Made by a program: the position numbers and the translations under genes
The notes under the pieces: generated by a model
Seen by the model: the letters and a program-made list of their open reading frames with translations, nothing else
The model's database searches: none
What the model was told of the DNA's origin: nothing
Source: a virus
Lineage: Duplodnaviria; Caudoviricetes
DNA: 57,335 nucleotides
Strand: one strand, 5' to 3'
IMG/VR virus record: IMGVR_UViG_3300037424_000877
Span: 1 to 57,335 of that record
In this document: positions 37,714-46,672 of the stretch, one piece after another
How the letters are laid out: each line of letters begins with the position of its first letter
Position numbering within the stretch: position 1 is the first letter of the stretch

Positions 37714-38147
37714 ATCAAGACCTTACTTCTTAGTTCAGTGAAAAGGTTCCCGGACTCGACGAACGTACTGTCGTGCCCCTTGCGTTTTACAGTCGACGGA
37801 GACAGGGCCGGTCGCAAGTCCAGGACGTGTTGACGGATCGACCGGGTACAGAACGCGGCCATGATCGCCGCGACTTGTCTCGGGCTCTTGGTCATGTTCG
37901 CCGCGTGCTTACGGTGCATCTCGTCAATCTGCTCGCCCTTCTGGTCGACCCAGGAGCGCAGCCAGCTTCGCGCCGGTTGGTGAGAGTTCCCAAACTCGTA
38001 CAGAGAAGCCATGTCCCCGACCGTGAGCCCGCTCGGGCCGTGTGCGGACGAGCCGTCCAGCATGCCGGTACGCCAAGCGTACCCGCCGGACTTCGCCCAG
38101 TCGGACAGTTCCTTGTGCGCTCTCGATTTTGTGTCTCGGATCGTCAC
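37710..38147 (-). CDS. neck / tail-completion protein
   Basis: EFG....PARSWLR...PALSPST.KRKG...ESGNL. Confidence 0.75.
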   Translation of the reverse strand: MTIRDTKSRAHKELSDWAKSGGYAWRTGMLDGSSAHGPSGLTVGDMASLYEFGNSHQPARSWLRSWVDQKGEQIDEMHRKHAANMTKSPRQVAAIMAAFCTRSIRQHVLDLRPALSPSTVKRKGHDSTFVESGNLFTELRSKVLI

Positions 38148-38452
38148 GGCAAGAACTCTTCCTCGATATCAGACAGTCGGTTCAGCCCACAAGCGTGAGC
38201 GTCGTACAGTTTACAGAGCGGTTCGTCGTACAAGGTCTTAGGTTCGCCCTTGATCATCAACAGGGCGTTTCGTCCGAGCGGCGATCTCGCAACCCTCGAC
38301 GCGGTCTTGAGCCCGACAGCTGTGTTGCGTCTCGCGACGCTTTCCCAGTTGTCGGACGTCTCGGCTTCGATCTCGTCCAGCACGATTTGTAGAAAGGGAT
38401 CCGGAGCTGCAATGAACTCCGGAAACCTTGTCTTGAACTCGGCTGGCGTCAT
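38144..38452 (-). CDS. head-tail adaptor (DUF4054-like)
   Basis: AEFKTRFPEF motif after the capsid gene. Confidence 0.75.
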   Translation of the reverse strand: MTPAEFKTRFPEFIAAPDPFLQIVLDEIEAETSDNWESVARRNTAVGLKTASRVARSPLGRNALLMIKGEPKTLYDEPLCKLYDAHACGLNRLSDIEEEFLP

Positions 38453-38460
38453 CTCGCTCC

Positions 38461-39450
38461 TTAGACAGCGTCGATGTTGTCGATGTAGAGCACACCTTCA
38501 GGGGTGCGGCTGATCGCGCCACCGGTGCGCATGCTCTGCGCGTACTGGTACCCGACGAGACCGGGGATAACCGGACCGTTAGTCAATTCCTGAGTGATGT
38601 AGAACTGGAGAACTTCCGCACTGTTGTTGAAGAACACCATGCGCGACGTCGAACCAGCCCCGGCCGTTGCGCCTTTTTCCCAGACGCTCATCTGGATCTC
38701 GGGGAACATCGTACGGATCACTTCCCAGGCCGAGAAGTTACCCTCGACGCCGGTACGCTTCTGTTGCAGGATCTTCCGGATGTTCCGGGTGATCACCAGG
38801 TTGGTGGGCTCGAAGATCTCTTTCGACTGCGTCCCCATGTAGTCAACCAAGGCGACGAAGTCTTCGACAATCGCAAGAGCGCTCGTGCCTGCGTTACCCC
38901 ACGACCCGGTGATTCCGGGAACCGCAACGGGCGAGACGCCCGCCAGGTTGTAGAGGCCAGCAAGACCGCTCGCCGTGTCGCCGTTCGCGGCAATGTTCTC
39001 GAGCTTGGTCTCGGCCGCGCGTTGGTTCGCGGCGGCCATAGCCAACGCAATGTTGAACGTCGGAGCGTTCATTTGCTGAGCGCGAGTGACCTCTTCGTAC
39101 AAGACGTCCACCCCGGCACCCCAGGAATAGAGGCGAAAGGACTCTTTGCTGCGCTCGACCGTCGGGGACGGCAAGTCTGTTTTCCCGCGGCTTATCGGCA
39201 CGACTTCCGCGAACTCGTTCATGCGGAAGATCTCAACTTCGTCGGCCCAGGCGGGGACGCTTCGGTTGATGAGCGATCCGTAGACCCCTCGGAACTTCAG
39301 CGGGCGGTAGAGCTTCGCCAGCTCGCCTTCGTTGTGGATGAGGTTCTGGTTCAGGATCAGCGAGTTCGCATCCTGGACTTTGATGAGCGGCTTCGGGACT
39401 TTCAGCCCGGACCGGTCGTCTCGCACGTAAAGGATTTCAGTATTTTCCAT
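38461..39450 (-). CDS. major capsid protein (DUF2184-like, HK97 fold)
   Basis: NIAANGD...GLAGLYN, PTNLVI, RTGG...RTP. Confidence 0.88.
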   Translation of the reverse strand: MENTEILYVRDDRSGLKVPKPLIKVQDANSLILNQNLIHNEGELAKLYRPLKFRGVYGSLINRSVPAWADEVEIFRMNEFAEVVPISRGKTDLPSPTVERSKESFRLYSWGAGVDVLYEEVTRAQQMNAPTFNIALAMAAANQRAAETKLENIAANGDTASGLAGLYNLAGVSPVAVPGITGSWGNAGTSALAIVEDFVALVDYMGTQSKEIFEPTNLVITRNIRKILQQKRTGVEGNFSAWEVIRTMFPEIQMSVWEKGATAGAGSTSRMVFFNNSAEVLQFYITQELTNGPVIPGLVGYQYAQSMRTGGAISRTPEGVLYIDNIDAV

Positions 39451-39452
39451 GA

Positions 39453-40190
39453 TTACAGAACCTTCAATTCGACTTTGGCGATCCCTGCGCCGGTCAACGA
39501 CGTTCGGAACAGCGAGCTAGGCAACGGCGCAGCAATCTGGCCGTCCGACGTGATCGCGAGGTTGGCGTCGACTTCGATGACCGACAGGAACGCGGTCGTT
39601 GAGGTCAGCACCAGGGTGCCCGCAGATTCAACTGCGACGATATTCGGGTCCGCATCGAGAACCGCAGCCAGGCCGATTGCGACCTCAGCAGCAGTGGCTG
39701 AAGCGTCCGACGTGAACTCGACCGGGACGAGGTACGACCCTGCGCCGTCCTGGACTTGAACCACCATGTAATAGCGCGTGCTATTGACAGCAGTCGGAGT
39801 AACGACGATCCCAGCTGGACCGCTCGAGGCGAGCAGCTGGCCTGGGTTCGCGCCCGAGAACCGCACGAAAGGCTGCGTATCTTTGACGACAGTACCCTCC
39901 ACCGTGCACCAGACATGGCCCATCGTGAGCACGTCACACATGCTCTTCGCACGGTACTCGTTGCCGGTCGTCGCGTCGGGCTGCTCGGTCGGGCTGTAAA
40001 GCACGACTCCGAGAGATTTGGCGACTTCCGCGGCCGTGGTCGGAGCCTTGCAGCTCTCTTCGCCGGTGTCAGGGACAACAACGATACCGGCCGGGATCGT
40101 CAACGCGGTCCGAAGACCGGTGACGTCTTTCGGGTCCAGCGAGCACGAGAGCCCCCTGCGACCGCGAGTGATATCTTCAAAGACAGCCAT
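39453..40190 (-). CDS. capsid decoration/cement protein
   Basis: IPAGIVV...LGVV...VLTMGHVW; lies between scaffold and capsid. Confidence 0.7.
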   Translation of the reverse strand: MAVFEDITRGRRGLSCSLDPKDVTGLRTALTIPAGIVVVPDTGEESCKAPTTAAEVAKSLGVVLYSPTEQPDATTGNEYRAKSMCDVLTMGHVWCTVEGTVVKDTQPFVRFSGANPGQLLASSGPAGIVVTPTAVNSTRYYMVVQVQDGAGSYLVPVEFTSDASATAAEVAIGLAAVLDADPNIVAVESAGTLVLTSTTAFLSVIEVDANLAITSDGQIAAPLPSSLFRTSLTGAGIAKVELKVL

Positions 40191-41230
40191 TAGACCCAGC
40201 CTTCTTTCTTGACCGCAGCTGCGATCTTCTGTGCACGAAGGTCGAGACCTTCTGCGGGATTCTTGTCGTCAGCCGCACTCGTGGTCGGCTTCAAGTTGTA
40301 GTCTTCGCCAACGGCGTCGAGGCGCGCGTCGAAGTAGGTCGACACGTAGTCATCGCTGCGATCAGCGGCGACCTTCGCGCCCAGTTTGTCGAGCGCAGCG
40401 TTCATGACCGCTCTGCGGGTCGCGACACCGAACTTATAGTCGGGACCGAGGACGCGCGAAGCACGCTCGCGGAAAGCCAACTCGTCAGCGACCAGTGCGC
40501 CCACGTCGATTTTCTTCAGGGCCGCTTCGGCCGTGTCGGCGCGAGCGGTCTGCTTGGCGAGTTCCGCTTCGGAAACCTTCAGCGTGTCTGCGGCGTCTTT
40601 GGCCTGCTTCTGAAGCACTTGGACATGAGACGGGCTGCCGACATCGTATTCGACTCCGTCAATTGTGATTTTCTGCATTGGGGGCTTTCCTTGGCTGTCG
40701 AACAGTCGTGCGCCTCCGCCAGCGCGCGCTTGGCCTTGTCCAAGCAGTGCGAGATGGTTGACGCGGATGTTAGTCTGGACCTTGTCGTAGGCGACGCCAT
40801 TGTGCGTGCCGGGGGTGTCTTTGTAGTCGAGCGAATATCCGAGAGAACATTCGATCTCGCGCCCTTGGGCCTTCTCGGCCAGGATCGCTTCGACCACTTC
40901 GCCGTCGTCGATGACGAGCTCGCCGGATACGAACTTCTCACCGTCTTGGGCGAGCGGGCTCGTGCTGACGTCTGCGATGTGCCCCACCGCGAACTGTCGC
41001 CAGTTCTGCGGGGTCACGAAGTCATTCGGGTGTCCGACGGTGGCCGGCGCGTCGCGCATCGACGACAGGCTGGCTGCGTCGAAGACTTCGGACTCGCTAC
41101 GGAACGCCTTGAACGCGCCGTAGTCCTGCACCCCTGTGCGGGAGAAGGCCGCGCGGATGCGCAAACCGCCCGTCGGGGATTGCCTGACGTCGGTAATTTT
41201 GACGCGGTCGTAGACCTGCACCGAACCCAT
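40190..41230 (-). CDS. prohead protease/scaffold (DUF2213-like)
   Basis: SRTGVQDY, EVF...S, T.GHP...VTPQNW, S.GY, NHLAL...ARAG. Confidence 0.88.
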   Translation of the reverse strand: MGSVQVYDRVKITDVRQSPTGGLRIRAAFSRTGVQDYGAFKAFRSESEVFDAASLSSMRDAPATVGHPNDFVTPQNWRQFAVGHIADVSTSPLAQDGEKFVSGELVIDDGEVVEAILAEKAQGREIECSLGYSLDYKDTPGTHNGVAYDKVQTNIRVNHLALLGQGQARAGGGARLFDSQGKPPMQKITIDGVEYDVGSPSHVQVLQKQAKDAADTLKVSEAELAKQTARADTAEAALKKIDVGALVADELAFRERASRVLGPDYKFGVATRRAVMNAALDKLGAKVAADRSDDYVSTYFDARLDAVGEDYNLKPTTSAADDKNPAEGLDLRAQKIAAAVKKEGWV

Positions 41231-41238
41231 TAAAGTAC

Positions 41239-41267
41239 AGTCTACCTGTACGGCACGGTTCTTGCAA
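41239..41267 (-). promoter_or_regulatory. sigma70-like promoter of head operon (leaderless or very short leader)
   Basis: TTGCAA-17-TAGACT, 8 nt before ATG. Confidence 0.55.
41251..41266 (+). promoter_or_regulatory. sigma54-type box overlapping the head promoter on the opposite strand
   Basis: CGGCAC-GGTTC-TTGCA. Confidence 0.45.
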
Positions 41268-41425
41268 GGTATTTCCTCACCTGGCGAATCGGGTGCAGTC
41301 CCCTCGACCTGTCACCGACCAAGAATTGTCTGAATTGTATGTAAATTCAGCACCTGCGGTGCAACTGTCCTCGTTGACCCTGTAGTCTAGCCCGGTCGAC
41401 GTCGCCCGTGTCGACGCGCACCCGG

Positions 41426-41971
41426 TCAAACCGAAGACGATCCCGAGAGCGAGACGCCTAAAATACGGTGTGTTGCGGCCGGACAGCAGTCGATTAGCCA
41501 GACGTCATCCACTTCTACGCCTAGGCGTTTTGAGCGTACTTTTGCTTTCTTGAGCAGTGTGGCAAGGAAGTCTTCGCCGGTCAAGATCTCTTTCATCGCA
41601 GTCTGGGGTACCAGCTTAGAAACCGGACCGCACAGCACGTCGTTCAGAACCGTGTCGCTGTCCGCAAGGCCGAGGATGTACTTGCGCGAGTCTACAACAC
41701 GGTGAGCCATGCCTAGCTTTAGTGAGACCTCACGCCCGTCGTTCGTGAAGAGAGACTGAATCGAGAGTACAGAACTCTGAAGCGCAGCCGACTCTTTCTG
41801 CGCTTCGTGCATGAACGGGCACTTCCAGTTCCAGCCGTGTTTCATCGGTTTGCGATAGATTTTCCACTTCCGCGTGTGTCCTATCTCGTCGTCGCCGAGA
41901 ACGAAAAACGGCATGATCAACCAGAAGTAGTGCTTGATGAACTCGGCAAACTTTTCGAACAGCGCGCTCAC
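41426..41971 (-). CDS. SPFH/band-7 domain protein
   Basis: GWNWKCPF, QSLFTNDG.EV, HRVVD, LGVEVDDV. Confidence 0.75.
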   Translation of the reverse strand: MSALFEKFAEFIKHYFWLIMPFFVLGDDEIGHTRKWKIYRKPMKHGWNWKCPFMHEAQKESAALQSSVLSIQSLFTNDGREVSLKLGMAHRVVDSRKYILGLADSDTVLNDVLCGPVSKLVPQTAMKEILTGEDFLATLLKKAKVRSKRLGVEVDDVWLIDCCPAATHRILGVSLSGSSSV

Positions 41972-42082
41972 TTATTTTACACGCTTCCTGTTAGCGATGC
42001 GCGCGTCTCGATGATCCAAAAACCCGGCCCAGGCCAGCTGAACCGTCCACCATGCTGCTTTCAACCAGCTCACTCTTCTCAT
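41972..42082 (-). CDS. 36-aa Trp-rich peptide
   Basis: strong RBS GGAGGAAAA, ATGA overlap with portal stop. Confidence 0.5.
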   Translation of the reverse strand: MRRVSWLKAAWWTVQLAWAGFLDHRDARIANRKRVK

Positions 42083-43512
42083 TTTTCCTCCTTGATGAAC
42101 ACCGGATCTCTTCCGGCTTGAATGTCAGCTACAATCTCGTCGACTGACGCAACCGTGCTGGACGGGGACGTGAGTTCCGTGCCAGTCGTCTGGACCGGCG
42201 GGGTGTCGCTCATCTCTCCGCCCGCACCGGGGGCAGCACCGGCGGGCGGTTCGGGGGCCGGGGTGACGACGATTCCAAAGCTCTCGTCGGCGACCCGGCG
42301 CTTAACCAGCTCCGGACCTGTGACGCCCAGTGCGTCCAAATAGACCTTGTCGGCCTGAGCGACCAGCAGCCTGATTTGCGCTTCCTCGCGCTCGCTCGGC
42401 TGAAACAGCGGCGGGAACTCGACCTCGATCTCGGACCCGGCGATGAAGCTCAGCACCCGTTCGAGCGCGGGTTGAATCTCGTTCTGTCGGTACGCCTCGA
42501 GCCGGTCGTAGAACTGTGTGCGCGTGCCGTCGCCGGTCGCGTTCATGCCCTCCGCTTCGCGTCCAAAGAGCACACTGAAAGGGATATAGGCCGCGCCCGA
42601 CATGTTCAGGGCGACCTGCTCCAGTGTCTCAGGAAGGTCGTCGAGCGCAACGCGCACCCTCTGGTAGTCCTCTTCAGAATCCGCGTCCAGGAAGATCGTA
42701 CGACCGACCGTCTTGCCCGCAGAGAGCAACTTGAGACGCGCGCGGAGCAGCTCGTCATTCATGCTCCCGAGCGCTTCGACTAGGCCCTTCATCTTGAAGA
42801 CCGGAATGTCGAGCTCTTCGAGCATCCGACTCAGCGCGGTCCAGGCCAGGCAATACCGTCCGATGTCGAGGTAAACGTTCTGGAGCAGGCTGTCCCCCCA
42901 GAAGTTTTCCTTCGCGGCTTTCCGGTCCCCGATAGTCGTCGCCCCTTGGAACCAGATCACGCGCGAGGTGTGGAACTCTTGATTCGATCGCGGGTGCTGT
43001 CCGATAACCTTGATGATCTCAGGCTGCCCGAACGTGGGCAGATTCGCGTCTTTGAACCGGGAGACGATCTGGATCTGCGGCTTCGGGACTACGTCGAGCC
43101 AGGCCACCGTCCCGCGCCCGACGGTCGCCGGTGTGGTTGGGAGTCGGGTCCCAGACCCGCGGAGCCCGACCAGGAGCGCAGCCGTCCCGTAGACGTTGCC
43201 CTCGACAGCAGCCCCCGCGAATAGGCCTTCCTTGCGCGTAGGGTCGGCGTAGTTGAGTCGCTTGAACTCTTTCTGGACTGCGTCCGGGGCTCCGGACCAA
43301 GCGCGTCTCAGGGCCTGCTCCGGGAAGACTTCGCAGATGCGACGGGCCAACCAGTTGTGCGTGTAAAGCTGTTCGCACATCTGATCGGACAGGTCGTATC
43401 CGACAGCGAAACGGATCGCGTCCTCCCGTGAGCCGGGGGCTCCGAGGCCGGACAGTGCGTTGTAAAAGCCGTCAGTTGCGCGGACGATTTGCTGCGTACG
43501 TTTCCACTTCAT
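42079..43512 (-). CDS. portal protein (DUF1073-like)
   Basis: DGFYNALSGLG, LY..NWLARRICE, WGDSLLQ, IPFSVLFG...GMNATG.G....FYD. Confidence 0.9.
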   Translation of the reverse strand: MKWKRTQQIVRATDGFYNALSGLGAPGSREDAIRFAVGYDLSDQMCEQLYTHNWLARRICEVFPEQALRRAWSGAPDAVQKEFKRLNYADPTRKEGLFAGAAVEGNVYGTAALLVGLRGSGTRLPTTPATVGRGTVAWLDVVPKPQIQIVSRFKDANLPTFGQPEIIKVIGQHPRSNQEFHTSRVIWFQGATTIGDRKAAKENFWGDSLLQNVYLDIGRYCLAWTALSRMLEELDIPVFKMKGLVEALGSMNDELLRARLKLLSAGKTVGRTIFLDADSEEDYQRVRVALDDLPETLEQVALNMSGAAYIPFSVLFGREAEGMNATGDGTRTQFYDRLEAYRQNEIQPALERVLSFIAGSEIEVEFPPLFQPSEREEAQIRLLVAQADKVYLDALGVTGPELVKRRVADESFGIVVTPAPEPPAGAAPGAGGEMSDTPPVQTTGTELTSPSSTVASVDEIVADIQAGRDPVFIKEEK

Positions 43513-44213
43513 TGTTCTCTCGCAGCGGCTTTGATTACGTTTTGAGCGTAGGTGTGGGCCGAGAACTTCGTTCCGCCCAGATCATATAATAACATGGACA
43601 GACAATCCACGCGATCGCTAAACGTCGCGTTAGGGAATCCGACGATTTCGCTTAGCCAGTCCTCGGTCCACGGTGCGCCGGCCGGTAGAAGTATTCGTTT
43701 CTGCTCAGTTTTGTCGGACTGGAGCTTGGCCCGGTCCTCCTTGGGGAGTCGGCTGAACGCCTTCATGTCGAAGTCGTCGGGGTCCGGGAAAGGGAAAAGC
43801 CGCTTTGAGAAGGCCGCGATCTCAGGCCGCGTGTCTGCGGCAAAGTCGGCCACGAGCGGGATCCCGTTGGCCTTGTACTCGACGAAGACCTTCCCCGCGT
43901 CGCCCCACTTGATCCCGGTCCCCGGGACCTCGTGCTGCTGGTGGGCCACGATCATGGTCTTCGTCCCGGGGTAATCGAGGGTCCCAACCCACTCGTCCAG
44001 GATGTAGAGGTCGTCCCCGCACGCCGCCCCGAGCAGTCCGGCGATCCGCGACTTGGCCTCGACTGCGTCTCCCTTCGAAGTCAGATCCCAGTACGCACGA
44101 ATGTGAAGCGTCGCTTTAGGAGGGAGCTGGTGCATCGTATACGGGACATAGGCCAGATCCGACTGGTGGCCGAACGACGCGTCCTGCGCACGTTTCCTCC
44201 AAGCGTCAGCCAC
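43509..44213 (-). CDS. terL: terminase large subunit, C-terminal nuclease part
   Basis: YWDL, VEYKANG, E..GFPNA..SDRVD. Confidence 0.8.
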   Translation of the reverse strand: MADAWRKRAQDASFGHQSDLAYVPYTMHQLPPKATLHIRAYWDLTSKGDAVEAKSRIAGLLGAACGDDLYILDEWVGTLDYPGTKTMIVAHQQHEVPGTGIKWGDAGKVFVEYKANGIPLVADFAADTRPEIAAFSKRLFPFPDPDDFDMKAFSRLPKEDRAKLQSDKTEQKRILLPAGAPWTEDWLSEIVGFPNATFSDRVDCLSMLLYDLGGTKFSAHTYAQNVIKAAAREQ

Positions 44214-45162
44214 TTGTTGTCACCCATCGTTTCGAGAACCAGTTACGATCGAAGTACCCGCCGTGCTGCGGGATCGGGTTCTGTTGCAGTTGCGCGGAGG
44301 CCTCCCCTCCTAGGCTGTTCTCGAGTTCTGTCACCGAGGCCTCGGTCCAGCGTTTATCGAGAAGCTCGCCGGGGGCCGTGCGAGGGTCCTTCAGCTTCTT
44401 CGAGAGCGACGATCCCCGATCCCAGTAGATGTGCGGGTCGTAGCGCATCGGCAAACACAAGTGTTCGAACCCGTGGTCAAGAGCCCAGCCGGCCAAATCC
44501 ATCTCGTGCAGGCGCTGCATGACGATGACCCGGCGGAAGAACTCCGGCTCGCCGTTGATGCGCGAGGCCAGCGTCTTCGAGAACCAACGGATAACGAGCT
44601 TCAGGCGGTGCCGGCTCTTAGAGTCCTTGTCCCCGGGCTTGATCGGATCGTCGATGACCTGCGCGTCGGAGCCGTGACCCACGGCCTTACCATCCGGCGT
44701 CGAAGCGAAGCGGCTACCGCCAGCCGTGTTGGCCATGTTGGTGAACGCAACCACCCGCGGCATGCGCACCTCGGGGTAGGCGGCTTCGTGCAGAGGATCG
44801 CTCAGGACCTCATTCATGCGCCGCGCGTCGCGGATACAGATCAGCTTGTCGCCCGAGCCGTACAGCCACGAGAACTTCGGGGTGATCGTCGCCCAGTGCC
44901 AGCTTGGCCACATGACTCCGGTGACAATCGATTTCGAGTTCCTGGGTGGGAGTGTGATCACCAGGTTCAAGACGTCCCCGCGGCTCACGGCTTCAAGGTA
45001 TTCACAGAGGAAATCCACGTGCCAGTTCGAGCGGAACGTCGAGGTCGGATCTGCAATCCGCCACCACTCGGCCGTGTACGCGCGGAGACCTCCACGCTTC
45101 ACATTCTCTCTGACGATCTCGGCTTCGTGATCTAGGACCTCGGGGTCCTCATCCTGCGTCAT
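44206..45162 (-). CDS. terL: terminase large subunit, N-terminal ATPase part
   Basis: NWH, PPRNSKS (Walker A), VIDDP, VMQRLH..DL.G, QLQQNP. Confidence 0.88.
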   Translation of the reverse strand: MTQDEDPEVLDHEAEIVRENVKRGGLRAYTAEWWRIADPTSTFRSNWHVDFLCEYLEAVSRGDVLNLVITLPPRNSKSIVTGVMWPSWHWATITPKFSWLYGSGDKLICIRDARRMNEVLSDPLHEAAYPEVRMPRVVAFTNMANTAGGSRFASTPDGKAVGHGSDAQVIDDPIKPGDKDSKSRHRLKLVIRWFSKTLASRINGEPEFFRRVIVMQRLHEMDLAGWALDHGFEHLCLPMRYDPHIYWDRGSSLSKKLKDPRTAPGELLDKRWTEASVTELENSLGGEASAQLQQNPIPQHGGYFDRNWFSKRWVTTSG

Positions 45163-45445
45163 CGCTCGTCTTCCGTTTATTCCGGTATTCGACAATATCG
45201 ACCGCCGGTATGACAGCAAAAGACACAGGAGTGTGCTCTGTCCCACATGATACTCGGCGGCACGTCCGACAGGTGCCGGATGTCACAGTCCAACCAGCCG
45301 TGGTCCGCGCGACCGAGACTCGAGCATATGACTTATAGGTCGCTTCGGAGGTCGTCTGGTCACCGGCTTCGCCTGGATCTGCGGTGTGCAGCGAGATGCA
45401 GACTAGCCCAGTCGCTATTTCAAATAAGTCGCAATTAACTCGCAT
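45149..45445 (-). CDS. small Cys-rich ORF carrying an in-frame copy of the 37282..37713 core
   Basis: MRVNC...ISLHTADPGEAGDQTTSEATYKSYARVSVARTTAGWTVTSGTC...CRRVSC. Confidence 0.6.
   Translation of the reverse strand: MRVNCDLFEIATGLVCISLHTADPGEAGDQTTSEATYKSYARVSVARTTAGWTVTSGTCRTCRRVSCGTEHTPVSFAVIPAVDIVEYRNKRKTSDDAG
45270..45402 (-). repeat. ectopic 133-bp copy of 37475-37607
   Basis: 118/133 identical by manual alignment; 11 of 15 differences synonymous. Confidence 0.95.
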
Positions 45446-45623
45446 CGTCGTACCTGACCTGCTCAATCAACCAAGCGATCTGATGCTCGGTCCCGATCAC
45501 TCCACGGTCGTCGTTATACTCAAAGAACTCCAACTGCTCGTAGTTCTCGCGTCGCCAGAGACGATATTTAACAAGGAAAGCCGGACCGTTTTCGGTCGCG
45601 TCCCATGATCTCGATACAGCCAC
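45435..45623 (-). CDS. hypothetical protein
   Basis: 62-aa ORF in operon. Confidence 0.55.
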   Translation of the reverse strand: MAVSRSWDATENGPAFLVKYRLWRRENYEQLEFFEYNDDRGVIGTEHQIAWLIEQVRYDDAS

Positions 45624-45632
45624 AGCGGAACC

Positions 45633-46472
45633 TTACCTTCGCTCGAGGACCAGGTCAAGGGATTTATTCGCTGCCGCGATATACATTTCGTCACGGATCG
45701 AGAACTTGTGCTTCTGTCTGCCGATAATGTCCAGCCGCCTCTGTGTGCGCTCCGTCCAGCGCCCGACCCGCTCTCGGTCCCGCTTAGACAACGGTCCGTC
45801 CAGACGCTCTTGGGCGCGCTCGGCGTAGCTGGCATCGACCTCCGCTCCAAGGTACTCACGATTCAGAAGACGGCAAGCGAGGCCGACCGTGGCGAGCCCT
45901 GCGGTTAGGTCGAGAACGGTCTCGCCCTCTGCCGAGAACCAGCTCACCAGGTCCAGAGCCTGGTCCAACGGCTTCTCTGTCGGGTGCTTCCCGGCTCCGC
46001 GCAGACACTTGTGGCGAAGCGCGATCATGTTCCCCGGGCCGTCCCACGACATCCGAACACCTTTCGCACGCGGGGCGTGCACCAGAACGACCGCTTCGTA
46101 TCCCTGACACGGGCGGTCGTTTGAAAGCTGCGGCATCGACCAGCGGATCCAAGGGACTTGCCTGACATACTCCGATCCGAAGGACTCGCACACCCGCGCG
46201 AGATCTTGAGCGCTCTCCACGTCGGAGTAGAGCAGAGACCAGCGCGCGACCTTCGACGAGCACCACCCGACGAAGTCCGCCAGCTCGGTCGACAGTGGAT
46301 CGAAGTTCAGGTCTCGCGCACGCGCGCCCTTACCTCCTGTGTACGCTGAACAGCTGACTGCGTTCTGGTGGACGTGTTCGGAATAGGGAGGATCGGAGAT
46401 CTGGACATCGAAATGGATGTTCTCGATGATCCTTTTGAGGCGACGACAGTCGCCGTGGAACAGCTCGATCAC
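45633..46472 (-). CDS. N4/N6 DNA methyltransferase (beta class)
   Basis: LFHGDC, SDPPY, HPTEKP, VLDLTAG (degenerate SAM motif). Confidence 0.8.
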   Translation of the reverse strand: MIELFHGDCRRLKRIIENIHFDVQISDPPYSEHVHQNAVSCSAYTGGKGARARDLNFDPLSTELADFVGWCSSKVARWSLLYSDVESAQDLARVCESFGSEYVRQVPWIRWSMPQLSNDRPCQGYEAVVLVHAPRAKGVRMSWDGPGNMIALRHKCLRGAGKHPTEKPLDQALDLVSWFSAEGETVLDLTAGLATVGLACRLLNREYLGAEVDASYAERAQERLDGPLSKRDRERVGRWTERTQRRLDIIGRQKHKFSIRDEMYIAAANKSLDLVLERR

Positions 46473-46672
46473 AGTCCCTCCCCGGGCGGGTGACCTTCGT
46501 CGAACCCCAGCTGATCCTGGAACCCGTCGCGGTACCCGCGTTCAAACCCCTCTGCGTCGCCGTGGAGCTCCCCGAACCGATAAGCGGCCCGGAGTGCGTC
46601 GGTCACTTCCATTCCTTCGAAGACGCACCGTCTGCACAGCTCTGCGAGGATCTTTTTGACGTGTTCGGTCAC
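46469..46672 (-). CDS. hypothetical protein
   Basis: GTGA-coupled; GFERGYRDG. Confidence 0.6.
   Translation of the reverse strand: MTEHVKKILAELCRRCVFEGMEVTDALRAAYRFGELHGDAEGFERGYRDGFQDQLGFDEGHPPGEGL

Noticed and set aside
41320-41350. tRNA-Met-like anticodon arm (7-nt loop with central CAT)
   Set aside because: No U33, T-arm, D-arm or acceptor stem.
37475-45402. Diversity-generating retroelement (TR/VR pairs 45270/37475 and 5376/25204)
   Set aside because: Mismatches are not confined to adenines on either strand and are mostly synonymous; no reverse transcriptase ORF was recognised.
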